From Squalus acanthias (Eukaryota), in assembly GCA_030390025.1 (NCBI GenBank), contig CM059432.1, positions 66,466,001 to 66,530,000 of the forward strand: 64,000 nucleotides of DNA, written 5' to 3'. Made by a program: the position numbers and the translations under genes. Shown one piece after another: positions 12,105 through 24,000 of this stretch. The notes under the pieces were generated by a model, which saw nothing but the letters and a program-made list of their open reading frames with translations, did no database searches and was not told the DNA's origin. Position 1 is the stretch's first letter. Each line of letters begins with the position of its first letter.

Positions 12105-13270
12105 CAGATGAGCTGCACATTGAGGGAGTGGAAGCCCTTCCGGTTCACGAACACTCCTGATCTGGAGGTGCCTTGATGGCCACATGTGTGCATTCGATGA
12201 GGCCCTGCACCTGTGAGAAGCCAGCCAGAGCCACAAAGCCGAGCGCCCGCTCAGTAACACTGGCTTCATCAGTGGCAAAGTGTACATAAGTGCCTGACTT
12301 TTGAAACATGGCATCGATCACCTGGGTGATTCATTTGTGACGGCCGACTGCGAGATCCTGCAAATGTCTGGAAGGAGCCTGAGGTGAAGAAGTTGAGGGC
12401 AGTGGTGACTTTGACAGCCACTGGTAAGGAGTGTCCACCAGGAGCTCTGGGCAGCAGGTCTTGTTCCAGCAAGCTACAAATGTCTGCGATGACCTGGCAC
12501 AATAGCCTGAGCCTCCTGTAGCACTGCTGCTCAGTCATGTCCAGGAAGCTCATCCTCTGCCTGTATACCCTGTGTTGGGGGTATCGTCTCCGGAGAGGTG
12601 TACCCCTGTGCTCATCCCCTCTCTGCTGTAGAGCAACAGGTCGGTGAGGAGAAGGCAGTTGTAGCTGCTGCTGCTGTTGCTACTGGGGCTCATCTTGGTC
12701 CAAATCTGAGGTCCATGGTGAAACAGCATAAGCGGCACCCATGCTGATCTGATAGATGCCAGGTAAAGTGGAGGTGAGAGGCACAATCCTGCAATGTAGT
12801 GAGAGTGGCTTCTGAGGTTGCAGAAATCACCTGCAAACTGCTGAAAGCAAATTCTCTGCACAAAATGTTGTCAGCAAGAGTGTTTCCCTTAGGCACGGAA
12901 GCAGGTGTAAGGTGTGAATATTAATATGCTTTTGCCAGCTGTCAATTAATGAACTCGCACAATGGCCACTGAGCTCTCGCCTTGTCTTCACAGGGGAGGT
13001 TCAGGAAATCCGTGAATCCCGTGCACAAGCAGTAAAAGCTGAAACTTCAGGTTAAAAAGCCTCTTAAGGGTCTCTCAATGAGCTGTTAAATACTTCAATG
13101 AGGTCGCCCGCCTCTCCCAAGCGGGTTTGTGGCGCACTGGGAAATGCACCCGAGTTAAAAGTGGAAGTCGGCGGGATGAAGGCGGGTTTCCGATGCGCTG
13201 TCAATTTCAACGCTTTGAACTGCCGACCCGCTCGCGAACCCGCACTCTCATCAATATAAAAATTCTGGCC
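12105..13270 (-). mobile_element. Harbinger element, transposase end with N-terminal half of a decayed transposase
   Basis: [17 protein letters not shown]...[20 protein letters not shown] and FSQVQGLIECTHVA. Terminus GGCCAGAATTTT on the minus strand at 13270. Confidence 0.87.
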
Positions 13271-14156
13271 ATTCATTCTATTATACACTAATGTGAAATT
13301 TGGATGAAAATTAAAATTTTCTTTCCTCTGTTAAAGATGGTATACAGATGGGTCTTAATTAATTTCTTCTTAATTCCACAGCTGTAGGAACTGCTGCTGG
13401 ATGATTGAGATGTCTCTACAATAAACAAAATTCTACTCCACCCATAATTTCTGACCGTGTAGAAATATTTTCCACCAGTTTAACATGGGGTAGATGATTC
13501 AGATTGGTGCAACGTTCATTTCACTGAACAATTTTGCCCTATAGTATTTGCTTCCTGTCCCACGCTGATGGCAGTTTCTCACGAACAATGACTCATTGAT
13601 TGCTCTTATTTTATAGTGTTCACTACTTGTCCACGTTTACACATCTCCCAGGTTAAACATTAGGATAAATGCCTGAATTAGTACCTGCGTGCAGCTATAG
13701 ATTGTGCAAGACTAGAGTTTTGAATCTGCATGCCTGGCACGAAGTTTTGCGAGGTCATAAACCCTTCAGGGGTGATTCAGTGATCGACGATCTCGCAATG
13801 GAGATGCGCACACAGAGAGCACTTCTCAGGAAATTAGGGGTATGCAGGCCATGATTTCCCATTCATCACGGACGACATAGCTGTCATTTCCTGAGAAGTG
13901 ATCCTTGCATGTGCTGCCCCCTGCTGGGAGCGCCAGTTCACACTATCACCATTGTTGGAAATTTGGCATTGAAATCAGCAGGCTCCATTGGATCTTTGAT
14001 CGTCCACCCTGGCGATGGTGTGAAATGGGCGATATCGGATCGACCATCCATTATATGCCTTGCCTGATTTTCCTTTTCATTGACTTCAATGGAGAGAGTG
14101 CACTAACGGTCAGGAAAATTGTGCCATGCACAAAGCGGGCAGGAAGCTGGTGACTT

Positions 14157-14477
14157 TTCACAGAATCACAGAATCCCCACAGTGCAGATAGAGGCCATTT
14201 CGGCCCATCGAGCCTGCACCGACACATATCCCACCCTATCCCCATAACCCCATGTATTTAATCCCCCCTAACACTAAGGGTCAATTTATCATAGCCAAAT
14301 CAACCTAACCCGCACATCTTTGGACTGTGGGAGGAAACCGGAGCACCCGGAGGAAACCCACGCAGACACGGGGAGAATGTGCAAACTCCACACAGACAGT
14401 CACCCGAGGCCAGATTCGAACCCGGGTCCCTGGCGCTGTGAGGCAACAGTGCTAACCACTATGCCACCGTGTTGCCC
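14157..14477 (-). mobile_element. V-SINE (shark HE1-type): tRNA head, V domain, CR1-derived tail
   Basis: Head GGGCAACACGGTGGCATAGTGGTTAGCAC with B-box GGTTCGAATC. V domain GTGGAGTTTGCACATTCTCCCCGTGTCTGCGTGGGTTTCCTCCGGGTGCTCCGGTTTCCTCCCAC. Tail (GATTCTGT)n. Confidence 0.92.
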
Positions 14478-15240
14478 TCTTCACCCGGAAAGCACTTTCA
14501 CCATTGGAGTTTCTAGGCCAATACACCAAAAATGATCAGAAAAATGAATAAAAAATAGAAAGGAAAGTACCTTGATTAGCAGATTTGGCCAAGATTTTTT
14601 TCTCAACCTTTTTTTTAATTCAGTTCAAGCTAAGAATCTTTGTGATATGTGCAAACTATATAAAATCAAGGAAACTGAACTGTTAATAGAAAGGAAGAAG
14701 TACATTCATATAGCGCCTTTCATGACCTCGGGATGTCGCAAAGCTCTTTACAGCCAATGAATTACTTTTGAAGTGTAGCCACTGTTTACTGTAGGAAATA
14801 TATGTATCTGTTGTGCAAAATAGCTGAATGCTGTAATTGTGCTGATTATAATTTGATCAGCAGCAATTTGTAATAATTGCTAGTACTTTAAATTTATCAT
14901 TAAACCATGGTGCAAATAATTCCAGGTGATTAATGTTCAAGCAGCTTTGATGACTCATAGCAAGCAACTGAAACTGTGATGTTATGGGTGGGGTTGTCTT
15001 TTTTGGGGTGAAGTAGGCACAAGGCAGGACTCTGCCCACACCTCTGACTCTGCTCTGACTCAAACTCATTTTCCTGGGTTAGGGTCATTTGGCATGCAGA
15101 GCGGGCATGTTACAAACCAACTTAGTTATGCAACTTCAATTAAACAGTACACTCACAAGTAAAGTTAATCTATTCAAAATGTTAATACTTCAAATAAAGT
15201 TAAATACGTACAGCTAAGTGAGCTTGGCTGGAGAAACAGT

Positions 15241-16237
15241 AGCCTCGATATTTACCAGGGTGGGATGCCAAGCCGGAGATGGGGTGGCGGGGGGGGGGAG
15301 TTCTGGTCATGGAACCTAGAAGTCCGGGTTTCCCCGAACACCGTGGAGTTTTAAGTCATGTGTGAGTGTTATTTTTTTAACTGGTTCCCCTCTCAGAAAC
15401 CAGCCTGATTGACAGGCTTCGCTCCTGTCAGGCGGGGAATGCTGCGGAAGAGGTGGCAGCCCAGGAGCAGGTAAGTTCGTACTGCTGGGGTAGTGATCGT
15501 GAGGGGGGAAGTGGTACAGCGTGGTTTAGAGGATCGGGTGGTGATCGCAGGGGGCGTCAGAGAGAGATCGGGGCAGAGATGGGGCTCAGGGAGAGGTTGG
15601 AGGGAGAGCTTGGGGGGTGGGAGAGAGATCGGAGGGAGAGGTGGGGGTCGGACAGAAATCGGAAGGGGGCCGAAGAGAGATCGGATGGAGAGATGAGGAT
15701 TCAGAGAGAGATTGGAGTGGGGTCGGAGAGAGAGCGAAGGAAGAGATGAGGGGTCGTAGACAGATCAAATAGAGGGATGGGAGGGTCGGGGAGAGTCGGT
15801 GATCGCGGGGGTTGGGTCCGATCACTGGGGAGGCTTAGAGGTTTGCTTAGTGAGCCAGTGGGGAAGCATGCCTGCTCCTCGTGGCCCAGAAGCGGTGCTG
15901 GAAAAGCACTTATCTCTTGCATGCAGCAGTCCTCGCCTCCCTTTAGCTGCCGGGTTTCCTGAGGCCCAGGAAACCCAGCCAGCCAGTGTTAAGCCTGCAA
16001 CACAGATAAAATCTTCGGCACGCAGCCTCATTAAAATATTTAAATGAGTGACCCACCTTCTGGGAGCGGATTTGTCTCCCGCCCAACACCCCCTGCCCCC
16101 CCACCCCCCGTCCCATCTCCATTAATACCAGAAGTGGGTGGTTTCAGGGCAGGTTTGGTTCGGGATTGAGATTTTTTTAAATTTTACTTCCCACTTGACC
16201 CAAACCCACCTGTTTTTGTGGGTTAAAATTCCCCCCA
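15241..16237. mobile_element. Probable non-autonomous Harbinger derivative with purine-rich GAGATCGG repeat core
   Basis: Ends AGCCTCGATATTTACCAG and GGTTAAAATTCCCCCC resemble Harbinger TIRs. Low-complexity GA/GATCGG tract at 15540-15830. Confidence 0.5.
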
Positions 16238-16882
16238 GTCTTTCAAGTTACAATTCTTGGGCTCAAATCCAAAATTGCGCTGTATTACGCTGCTTTCAAA
16301 ACACCCTTACATAGCATATCTAGCATGGCAGCATCACCTAATCATGCCTGGTTCATATCCAACTTTTCATTTCTGACCTACAGTGACATGATACAATGGT
16401 CCTTTGATATGAGTGAAGCTGGCTCAACCTTCAGTCTTCCTGTTATCTACCCTCCTACATACTAAAGTTACCAACTTTCTCTAATCTTCCGTGTTCCTAG
16501 GTCTCCAGGCCATCCTTTAATTAAGTTTTAATACCAGTCAGTACCATTTATTTTCAGGTTTCAGAGAATGCAGGGGAACCTACCTTGATTGGACGGAGAA
16601 TCGAGTCTTCTGTCCACAGGGAACGTGTCTCAGGAAATTGCGAATGCACAGCCCATGACTTGCTGTCAATTAATGTTAATCTCGGAATTGCAGATTCACC
16701 CTTAATATTTAATACTAATTATCACTATAGGGTGCAATTTTCAGTGGACGTGTTATGTAGAAGGATGGAAAATCGCAGGCACTGCATCCACCATTCTCTG
16801 ATAATCTGACCACTAAATGCAAGGCCCTATCAGTGGAGTGGTGCCTAAAAGCATTTCACCCATAGGGCTATGTTAGCAAGGA

Positions 16883-18519
16883 TGTAGAATTCGCAATATA
16901 TCGCGATTTTATTAATAAGGAGAAAACACAGAGTTTCGTTCAAACAGCTTTTATTTCAGCAGAATGCTGACAGGTTTAAAGTGGACACAAGCAGCCTGTA
17001 AAATGGCCGCCGCACCTCGTGACAGAACATTCTAGACTTTTCAACAGGCAGACAAGATGGCGTTCCAATAAACATTTGTGCAAGATCGATTAAGATTCAG
17101 CACAGTGAAGATAATACACGAGACATTATGGGTTTGCAGTATACACATAAATACTGAAATCGGTCTCCCAGGTACAAAGGAAAGCCATTGTACCGAGTAA
17201 TCAAGGGCCCATCCAAAAGACATTAATATGTAAAATCCCAACGACTCTACGATGAGAGAGCCGTTAGCAGGTAGTTATACAGGACACTTGGAAGCCCCAA
17301 AACCCCTCCAGGGAGAACGCCGACCGATTTAACAATGGGAGAAATATTAACAGGTACTCAGACATTTACGAGTAGCCCCGAAACCCATTAAGAACGGAGA
17401 TCACCCATACAAGACATTTGAGCGCCAGACCTTAAACAAAAGAATGGACATTATAGTTGGGCGGGAAACGGAAGATTTTTGCACTATAATTGCAGGCTCC
17501 AAACCGTCCATCTTTCTCTTATCGGATCGATTCGTAACCTCGTGGCTGCTCCTGTGTACTCGTAGTTGGGCTCGCTCCTGCTTGCCTGTTGTCTCTTTTG
17601 AAAAGGACTGTTGAACTTTCTGATCCGTTCGGATCTACCTCGTGTCGCGTAACGAAGGCCTATGTTGGTAACTGGCAGCGGAACCAAAGGCCCGAGATGA
17701 GATGAGATGAGATGAGATGAGATGAGAAGAGAGGAAGACCATATCCATCGCCACGGTCAGTAAATCCCGACCGCGCCTGTAGGTCGATTAGCCAAGTTTT
17801 CCTTGCCAGGAAGACTTCTTCGAACTTGTAACGAAACATATCGCATCGATGATATAACTGGACTGTGCTCGAAAGTACCTGTTAAACCAACCAACACAGG
17901 TCTTCATCACAGCAGACGTTCCAGCCTGCTAGCCGGAGCAGCAGAAGCAAGTAAACAAGTGGGACCAGGAGATCTCCTGACCGACACGTGGGTGCTGCGG
18001 TGAAAAACATCCGATCAGCTATTCGGAATTTCTCCGAGTTATCACGAGTGGTGAGCATGAGTCTCGAAATCCTACGAATCTAGTTTAGGATAGATATTGA
18101 TAGGGGAGGGTTTAAGGATTAAGGATATTTGTAATGTGTGCCCCTATTTACTATGTGCCGTTCGTTCCTCGTTTCCCTAAGATCGACTATATAACTGTTT
18201 GTAAGATTGTACTGTCATTAATCTGTGCTTATGACATGTATTTCATAATCTTAAGTATCATGCAATAAAGATTTTCCATTTCGTACCATTCAAACCGAGT
18301 CTACATGAGTTTCATCTCCATTACTGCTCTCGCATCTAAGTCCAGTGTCTAGAACCGTAAGGGAGAGTGATTCGAACCACTCACAGGTGTGTCTAGTGTT
18401 CCCAGACTGGCTGGAGACCAGAACAGGCAACAAGGTCTAGACCCGCACTGACATACAGGCTGCACGGAGCCGCGTGAATCTCACAGGCTGCGAGACACGC
18501 AGGGTCAGAATCCCTTACA
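16883..18519 (+). mobile_element. Solo LTR, family A (about 1.64 kb)
   Basis: TGTAG...TTACA termini, TATAAT at 17485, (GATGA)n, AATAAA at 18264. Flanks AGGA / GGA suggest an imperfect TSD. Colinear with the inverted copy at 37233-39947. Confidence 0.85.
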
Positions 18520-19214
18520 GGAAACAAACAAATTCTTCCATGACAATATATTATTTTGGCAAAATTTTATATGACAAATTATGAAATTACTGGCCCAGAA
18601 ATCCGATGCGACGGAAAACAACTGGTGTTACCGTGGGGTGAGGTTAACTCCCGCCCGTAAAAAGAGCGCAGGCAGCTCCTTTATTTTGGTGCTGCCTGCT
18701 GATTTAAATGATCGGCGCACAGAACCTGCCATGTAACGTGTTGTTTCAGGCAGTAGTCTCAGCAGGAGACCCAATGTAACGTGGCTGTAGCATCCCTGGA
18801 GCAAGGCAGCGTTGTCTTAAAGCTAGCCTGTCATTTTAGAAAGCAGTCTCGAGCCCTTAAAGGGGAACTACCTTCTAAAATAAAAAAATAAAAATCATTT
18901 TAAAATAGGCAGTATTTAGCTTATTAGAGCTCAAATGCCTTCTGGAAATTTTTTTTTTAAGTAATTCGAAAATGGCAGTCTCAGCTCTTAAAGATGAACT
19001 GCCTCCTGCATGTAAAAAAATGGTAAAAGTGCTTCAGCACTAACCCAAATGGTTCAACAAGCCAGGGAAAGGGCACCCAGAGTCTTGCACACAGCTCTCC
19101 AGCTTGGTGCAGGGGGTCAACAATGCAAGAGAGGTCCTCTACCCACAGGGACCAGATCACTGATGTCACCATTGCCAGCAGTGTCACCCCCATGACCTGG
19201 CTCCAGTGCCCAAA

Positions 19215-19957
19215 GAAGTTTCATGCTAACATAAAAGGGAATCCAAAAGTCTTCTATAAGCATATAAATAGTAAACAGGTAGTAAGAGGAGGGGTGGGGC
19301 TGATTAGGGACCAAAATGCGGACCTACGCATGGAGGCAGAGGGCATGGCTGAGGTACTAAATGAATATTTTGCATCTGTCTGTACCAAGGGAGAAGATGC
19401 TGCCAAAGGCATAGTGAAAGAGGAGATAGTTGAGATGCTGGATGGGATAAGGAGGAGGTACTAGAAAGGCTGGCCGTACTTAAAGTAGATAAGTCACCAG
19501 GACCGGATGGGATGCATCCTAGGATGCTGAGGACAGTAAAGGCAGAAATTGCGGAGGTACTGGTGCCAGAGGACTGGAGAATTGCAAATGTTACACCCTT
19601 GTTAAAAAAAGGGTGTAAAGATAAACCCAGTAACTACAGGCCAGTCAGTTTAACCTCGGTAGTGGGGAAGCTTTAGAAACGATAATCCGGGACAAAATTA
19701 ACAGTCACTTGGACCAGTATGGATTAATTAAGGAAAGCCAACACGAATTTGTTAAAGGCAAATCGTGTTTAACTAACTTGATTGAGTTTTTTGATGAGGT
19801 AACAGAGAGGGTTGATGAGGGCAATGTGGTTGACGTGGTGTGCATGGACTTCCAAAAGGCATTTGATAAAGTGCCACATACTAGGCTTGCCAGCAAAGTT
19901 GAAGCCCATGGAATAAAAGGGACAGTGGCAGCATGGACACGAAATTGGCTAAGTGAC
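19215..19957 (+). mobile_element. CR1 LINE ORF2 fragment, 3' end lost at the ERV LTR junction
   Basis: NPKVFYKHIN...KSPGPDGMHP...SCLTNLIEFFDEVT...DFQKAFDKVPH. Confidence 0.92.
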
Positions 19958-20508
19958 TTACAAATCAACATGACAGGTAACGATCATGGTTCCATCGAGT
20001 CTGGATCGGTTCCCTCATCCTTTTGAGATGTTAATATCAAAATTGTTGCTGGAGTAAAACCCATTCACCAACCTTTCAGAATGCAGATAAGCCCGGAACT
20101 TTTCCCATCAAAACACCTTTGTGTGATAATGGACTATTCACTGACCCAGGATGGAGAAGTGATCAAATCAAGTACTCTATAGATTTGCAGAAACAGACAA
20201 GATTAAGATGGTACAATCAAAGTGTGGGGGGGGGGAGGTGGTGGTCAATCAATTGTCATGGGTATGATCTTTGTATTATAAAAAGGGTGCGTTTAGGGAC
20301 AAACTTCGGCAACTTGCAAGGGAACTGCAGACAGATTTGATCACCCGTACAGATGGAAACATACTCCTCTGAGTGGTCGCGGGGGTGAGTGGTGTTTGAA
20401 ATTAAAGAGAGTTAAAGGGAATAGCGTATGTAAATACTATTTGCAGTTAAAGGGAACAGTGCATTGACGTTTATATGCTATCTTTAGTACATAAACAGTT
20501 AAAAGAAT

Positions 20509-20926
20509 CTGGACTTAATATCGAGTTCAACAATTTTAGATCATAACCTCAGCTCCAATCACATTCATATTTTATTTTTTCCACCCTTTTATTTGCCCCC
20601 CCCCACCTTTTTTTTTTCCTCCTAGAAGCTGGCAGCTGTCCTTCATTCTGCCAGTGGATTTCACACTTCTTTCAGCCTTAATCTGTCACATTAACACCAC
20701 CTCTAGCCTTGCATATCTCTTAATGTCTCTTAATGTCTCTTCATCTCCCCCTTTGTTCTTTTATCCCCTCCCCCTTTTCCCAGCTTTACTCTGGCCTTAA
20801 ATCTATTTGATTTCCGGCTCTTCACAGTTCTGACGAAAGGTCATCGACCTGAAACGTTAACTCTCTTTCTCTCTCCACGGATGCTGCCTGGCCTGCTGAG
20901 TTTTTCCAGCGTTTTCTGTTGTTATT
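20509..20926 (+). mobile_element. 5'-truncated Penelope-like element inserted in the 5' LTR
   Basis: Matches 56096-56513. 10-bp TSD TTAAAAGAAT (20499-20508 / 20927-20936). Absent from the 3' LTR. Confidence 0.92.
20826..20862 (+). ncRNA. Minimal type I hammerhead ribozyme motif
   Basis: AGTT-CTGACGA-A-AGGTC(atc)GACCT-GAAACGTT-AACT. Confidence 0.85.
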
Positions 20927-21042
20927 TTAAAAGAATACTGAGTTGTACTGAGTTGTGAGCCTTGACCATTTTACCCCACCCAGACGATTCTGTAATTAGA
21001 GTATAAGAGGGAAGGTGCGGGTTCACCTACCTACAGATTTAG

Positions 21043-21060
21043 TGGCTCCCGAACAGTGAC
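21043..21060 (+). promoter_or_regulatory. Primer binding site, tRNA-Lys(UUU)-type
   Basis: TGGCTCCCGAACAGTGAC matches the Lys3 PBS TGGCGCCCGAACAGGGAC at 16 of 18 positions. Confidence 0.88.
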
Positions 21061-21074
21061 CTGATAGGGGAAAA

Positions 21075-24000
21075 ATGGAAGATAGGGTAGAGCAGTATTT
21101 GGGTAAGAAATTACCTTTGAAAGAGGGATGGGTATGAGTCAACGCGGCAGCATCCGATCCTCTAAAAGAAGCTGAGGAATGGGAGGAAACTCCCATGGCC
21201 AAGAGAAATCCAAAATGGGTACGCCCTGTGTGGTTGTTAGCATATAGGCAAAAACACAACAGTTAGTGCAGTCGCATCATCGATATGAAGAAAGGTTGCA
21301 GGAAAAGGATGCAGTAATAGCGAGATTGACAAAAGTGACACCGGTGGCTAGGGGAGACCCGGTAGTGTTGAATTATGATGAAGCTTATACTCCCTCACAA
21401 TTAAGGGAAGCAGCAAGGGATTTAGGAACCCTCGGACGGGGAGGAGATGTGGAAGGGCATTTTTTGCGCATAGAAACGATGGCTGCGATGCAGGGTTTCG
21501 ACGAATCTGAGAAAAAGAGAGCTGTTTGCTTTTTAGTCTGGCTGGGTTACCCCAAGACACCAAGTATGCCCAACCCGCGGTAACTTGGGACAATACTAAG
21601 TGACACGTTAGAGAAGCTTGCGGGTACTGAAGGGATGATCCATTTAAGATCATGGCACACTCTATGCAGGGGAAGGAGGAACACCCAGAAGCGTTTGCTA
21701 GCAGATTGTGACCTGTTTATAATGAAACACAAGGAAGAGGGTTGGATCGGAATCAACTGGCAGGAGACAGTCTCCACCGATGGATAAGAGCTCTTATAGC
21801 TCGCACGGAACCCGTTACTAATACAGCTATGTCAGGGTTTGATTTGGGAGACCCAGGCATGACAGAAGCTCGAGTGTTGAGGAAGTTGATTATATTTTGG
21901 GAGGATAAACAGGACAAGCAGGATAGGAACAAGGAATAAGGGAGGAAGAAAGGAAAAGTACAGAAGATGAAACCCCAGGTAACACCAGACCCGGCCCCTA
22001 AACAGGACCTGGGGAAACAGTGGAGATATGAAAGAGCAAAGCCAAGGGGGCCACCTGTGGGAAAAAAACAAGTGTAGGTGACCAACCAGGTAGAATCATA
22101 GATTCATACGGCACAGAAGGAGGCCATTCGGCCCATCGAGTCCATGCCGGCTCTCTGTAGAGCAATCCCATTCCCCCGCTCTATCCCCGTAGCCCTGCAA
22201 GTTTATTTCCCTCAAGTGCCTATCCAGTCTCCCCTTGAAAACATTGAGTGTCTCCGCCTCCACCACTTCCATTGGCAGCGAGTTCCAGGTCCTCACCACT
22301 CGCTGCGTAAAAAAGATTTTCCTCACATCCCCCCGTAATCAAAACCTTAAATCTGTGTCCCCTAGTCCTTGTACCATCAATTAGTGGGAACAGCCTTTCC
22401 CCGTCTAGCCTATCCAAACCCGTCATAATCTTGTACACCTCTATCAAATCACCCTTCAACCTCCTTTGCTCTAAGGAAAACAAATCCAGCTTCTGCAACC
22501 TGTCCTTGTAGCTAAGATCCCCCATCCCCAGAACCATTCTGGTAAATCTCCTCTGCACCCTCTCAAGGGCCTTCACATCCTTCCTAAAGTGTGGTGACCA
22601 GAACTGGACGCAATACTCCAGTTGTGGCCTAACCGGCGCTTTATAAAGGTTCAGCATAACTTCTCTACTTTTGTACTCAATACCTCTATTTATGAAGCCC
22701 AAGGTCCCATATGTTTTGCTAACCACTCTCTCAATATGTCTTGCCACCTTCAGGAATCTATGCACATTAACTCCCAGGTCCATCTGTCCCTGCACACTCT
22801 TTAAAACTGTGCCATTAAGTGTATAATGCCTCTCCCTGTTCCTTCTGCCAAAATGCATCACCTCACACTTCTCTGTATTAAATTCGACATGCCACTTGTC
22901 TGCCCATTCTGCTAGCCTTTCTATGTCTTGTTGCAGTCGATTAGTATCATCCTCACTATCTGCCACCGCCCCAAGTTTGGTGTCATCGGCAAATTTAGAA
23001 ATTCTACTCTGTATTCCAATATCCAGGTCATTTATATATATCAAAAAAAACAGTGGCCTCAGCACTGACCCTTGGGGAACACCACTGTCTACCATCCTCC
23101 AGTCTGAAAAACAGCCATTTAGCACAACTCGCTGTTTTCTGTCCTTAAGCCAATTCCTTCTCCAAGCTGCCACTGACCCACCTATTCCATGAGCCTCAAT
23201 TTTGTTAACCAGCCTTCTATGTGGTACTTTGTCAAACGCCTTCCGAAAATCCATGTCGACAACATCCATTGCATTCCCTTCATCAATCCTCTCTGTTACT
23301 TCATCAAAAAATTCAATTAGATTAGTCAAACACGATCTGCCTTTTACAAATCCGTGTTGGCTCTTCTTAATTAGCTTAAACCTCTCCAAGTGCCCGTTAA
23401 TTTTTTCCTTGATTATTGTTTCTAAAACTTTACCCACCACTGATGTTAAACTGTAGTTACTAGGATTGTCCTTGCACCCTTTCTTGAACAATGGTGTCAC
23501 ATTTGCCACTTTCCAATCCTCAGACACCTCTCCCGCATCTAGGGAAGATTAGAAATTTATGGCAAGCCCTTCTGCTATCTCCTCTCCCAGTTCCCTTAGC
23601 AACTTGGGATGCAAGCCATCTGGACCAGGCGACTTGTCCACTCTAAGCATACCCAAACTTTCTAGTACATCCTGTCTATCAATTTTCACCCCTTCCATTG
23701 CTTCTACCTTTTCCACTTCTACTGATATTTTGTCAGCATTCACCTCCTTAGTAAACACCGATACAAAGTACTCATTGAGTATTCTAGCCTTGCCCTGCGC
23801 CTTTAAGCATATATCACCTTCTTTGTCTCCTGCCTCTTACTACCCACTTACTGTTTACATGCCGGTATTTTTGGGTTCCCTTTTATGTTAACCACCATTC
23901 TACTCTCATATTCTCTCTTTGCCAATCTTATTTTCATCTTCACTTCCCCTCTCAATTTATTGTATTTGTTCTGGTGCTCCCTTGAAGAATTCACCTAACA

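Larger units (their letters stand above)
19955..21035 (+). repeat. ERV 5' LTR (lacks first 352 bp; interrupted by a Penelope fragment)
   Basis: Near-identical to 33036-33713; ends CCTACA. Confidence 0.92.

Noticed and set aside
14400..14477. tRNA gene
   Set aside because: It is the tRNA-derived head of a V-SINE.
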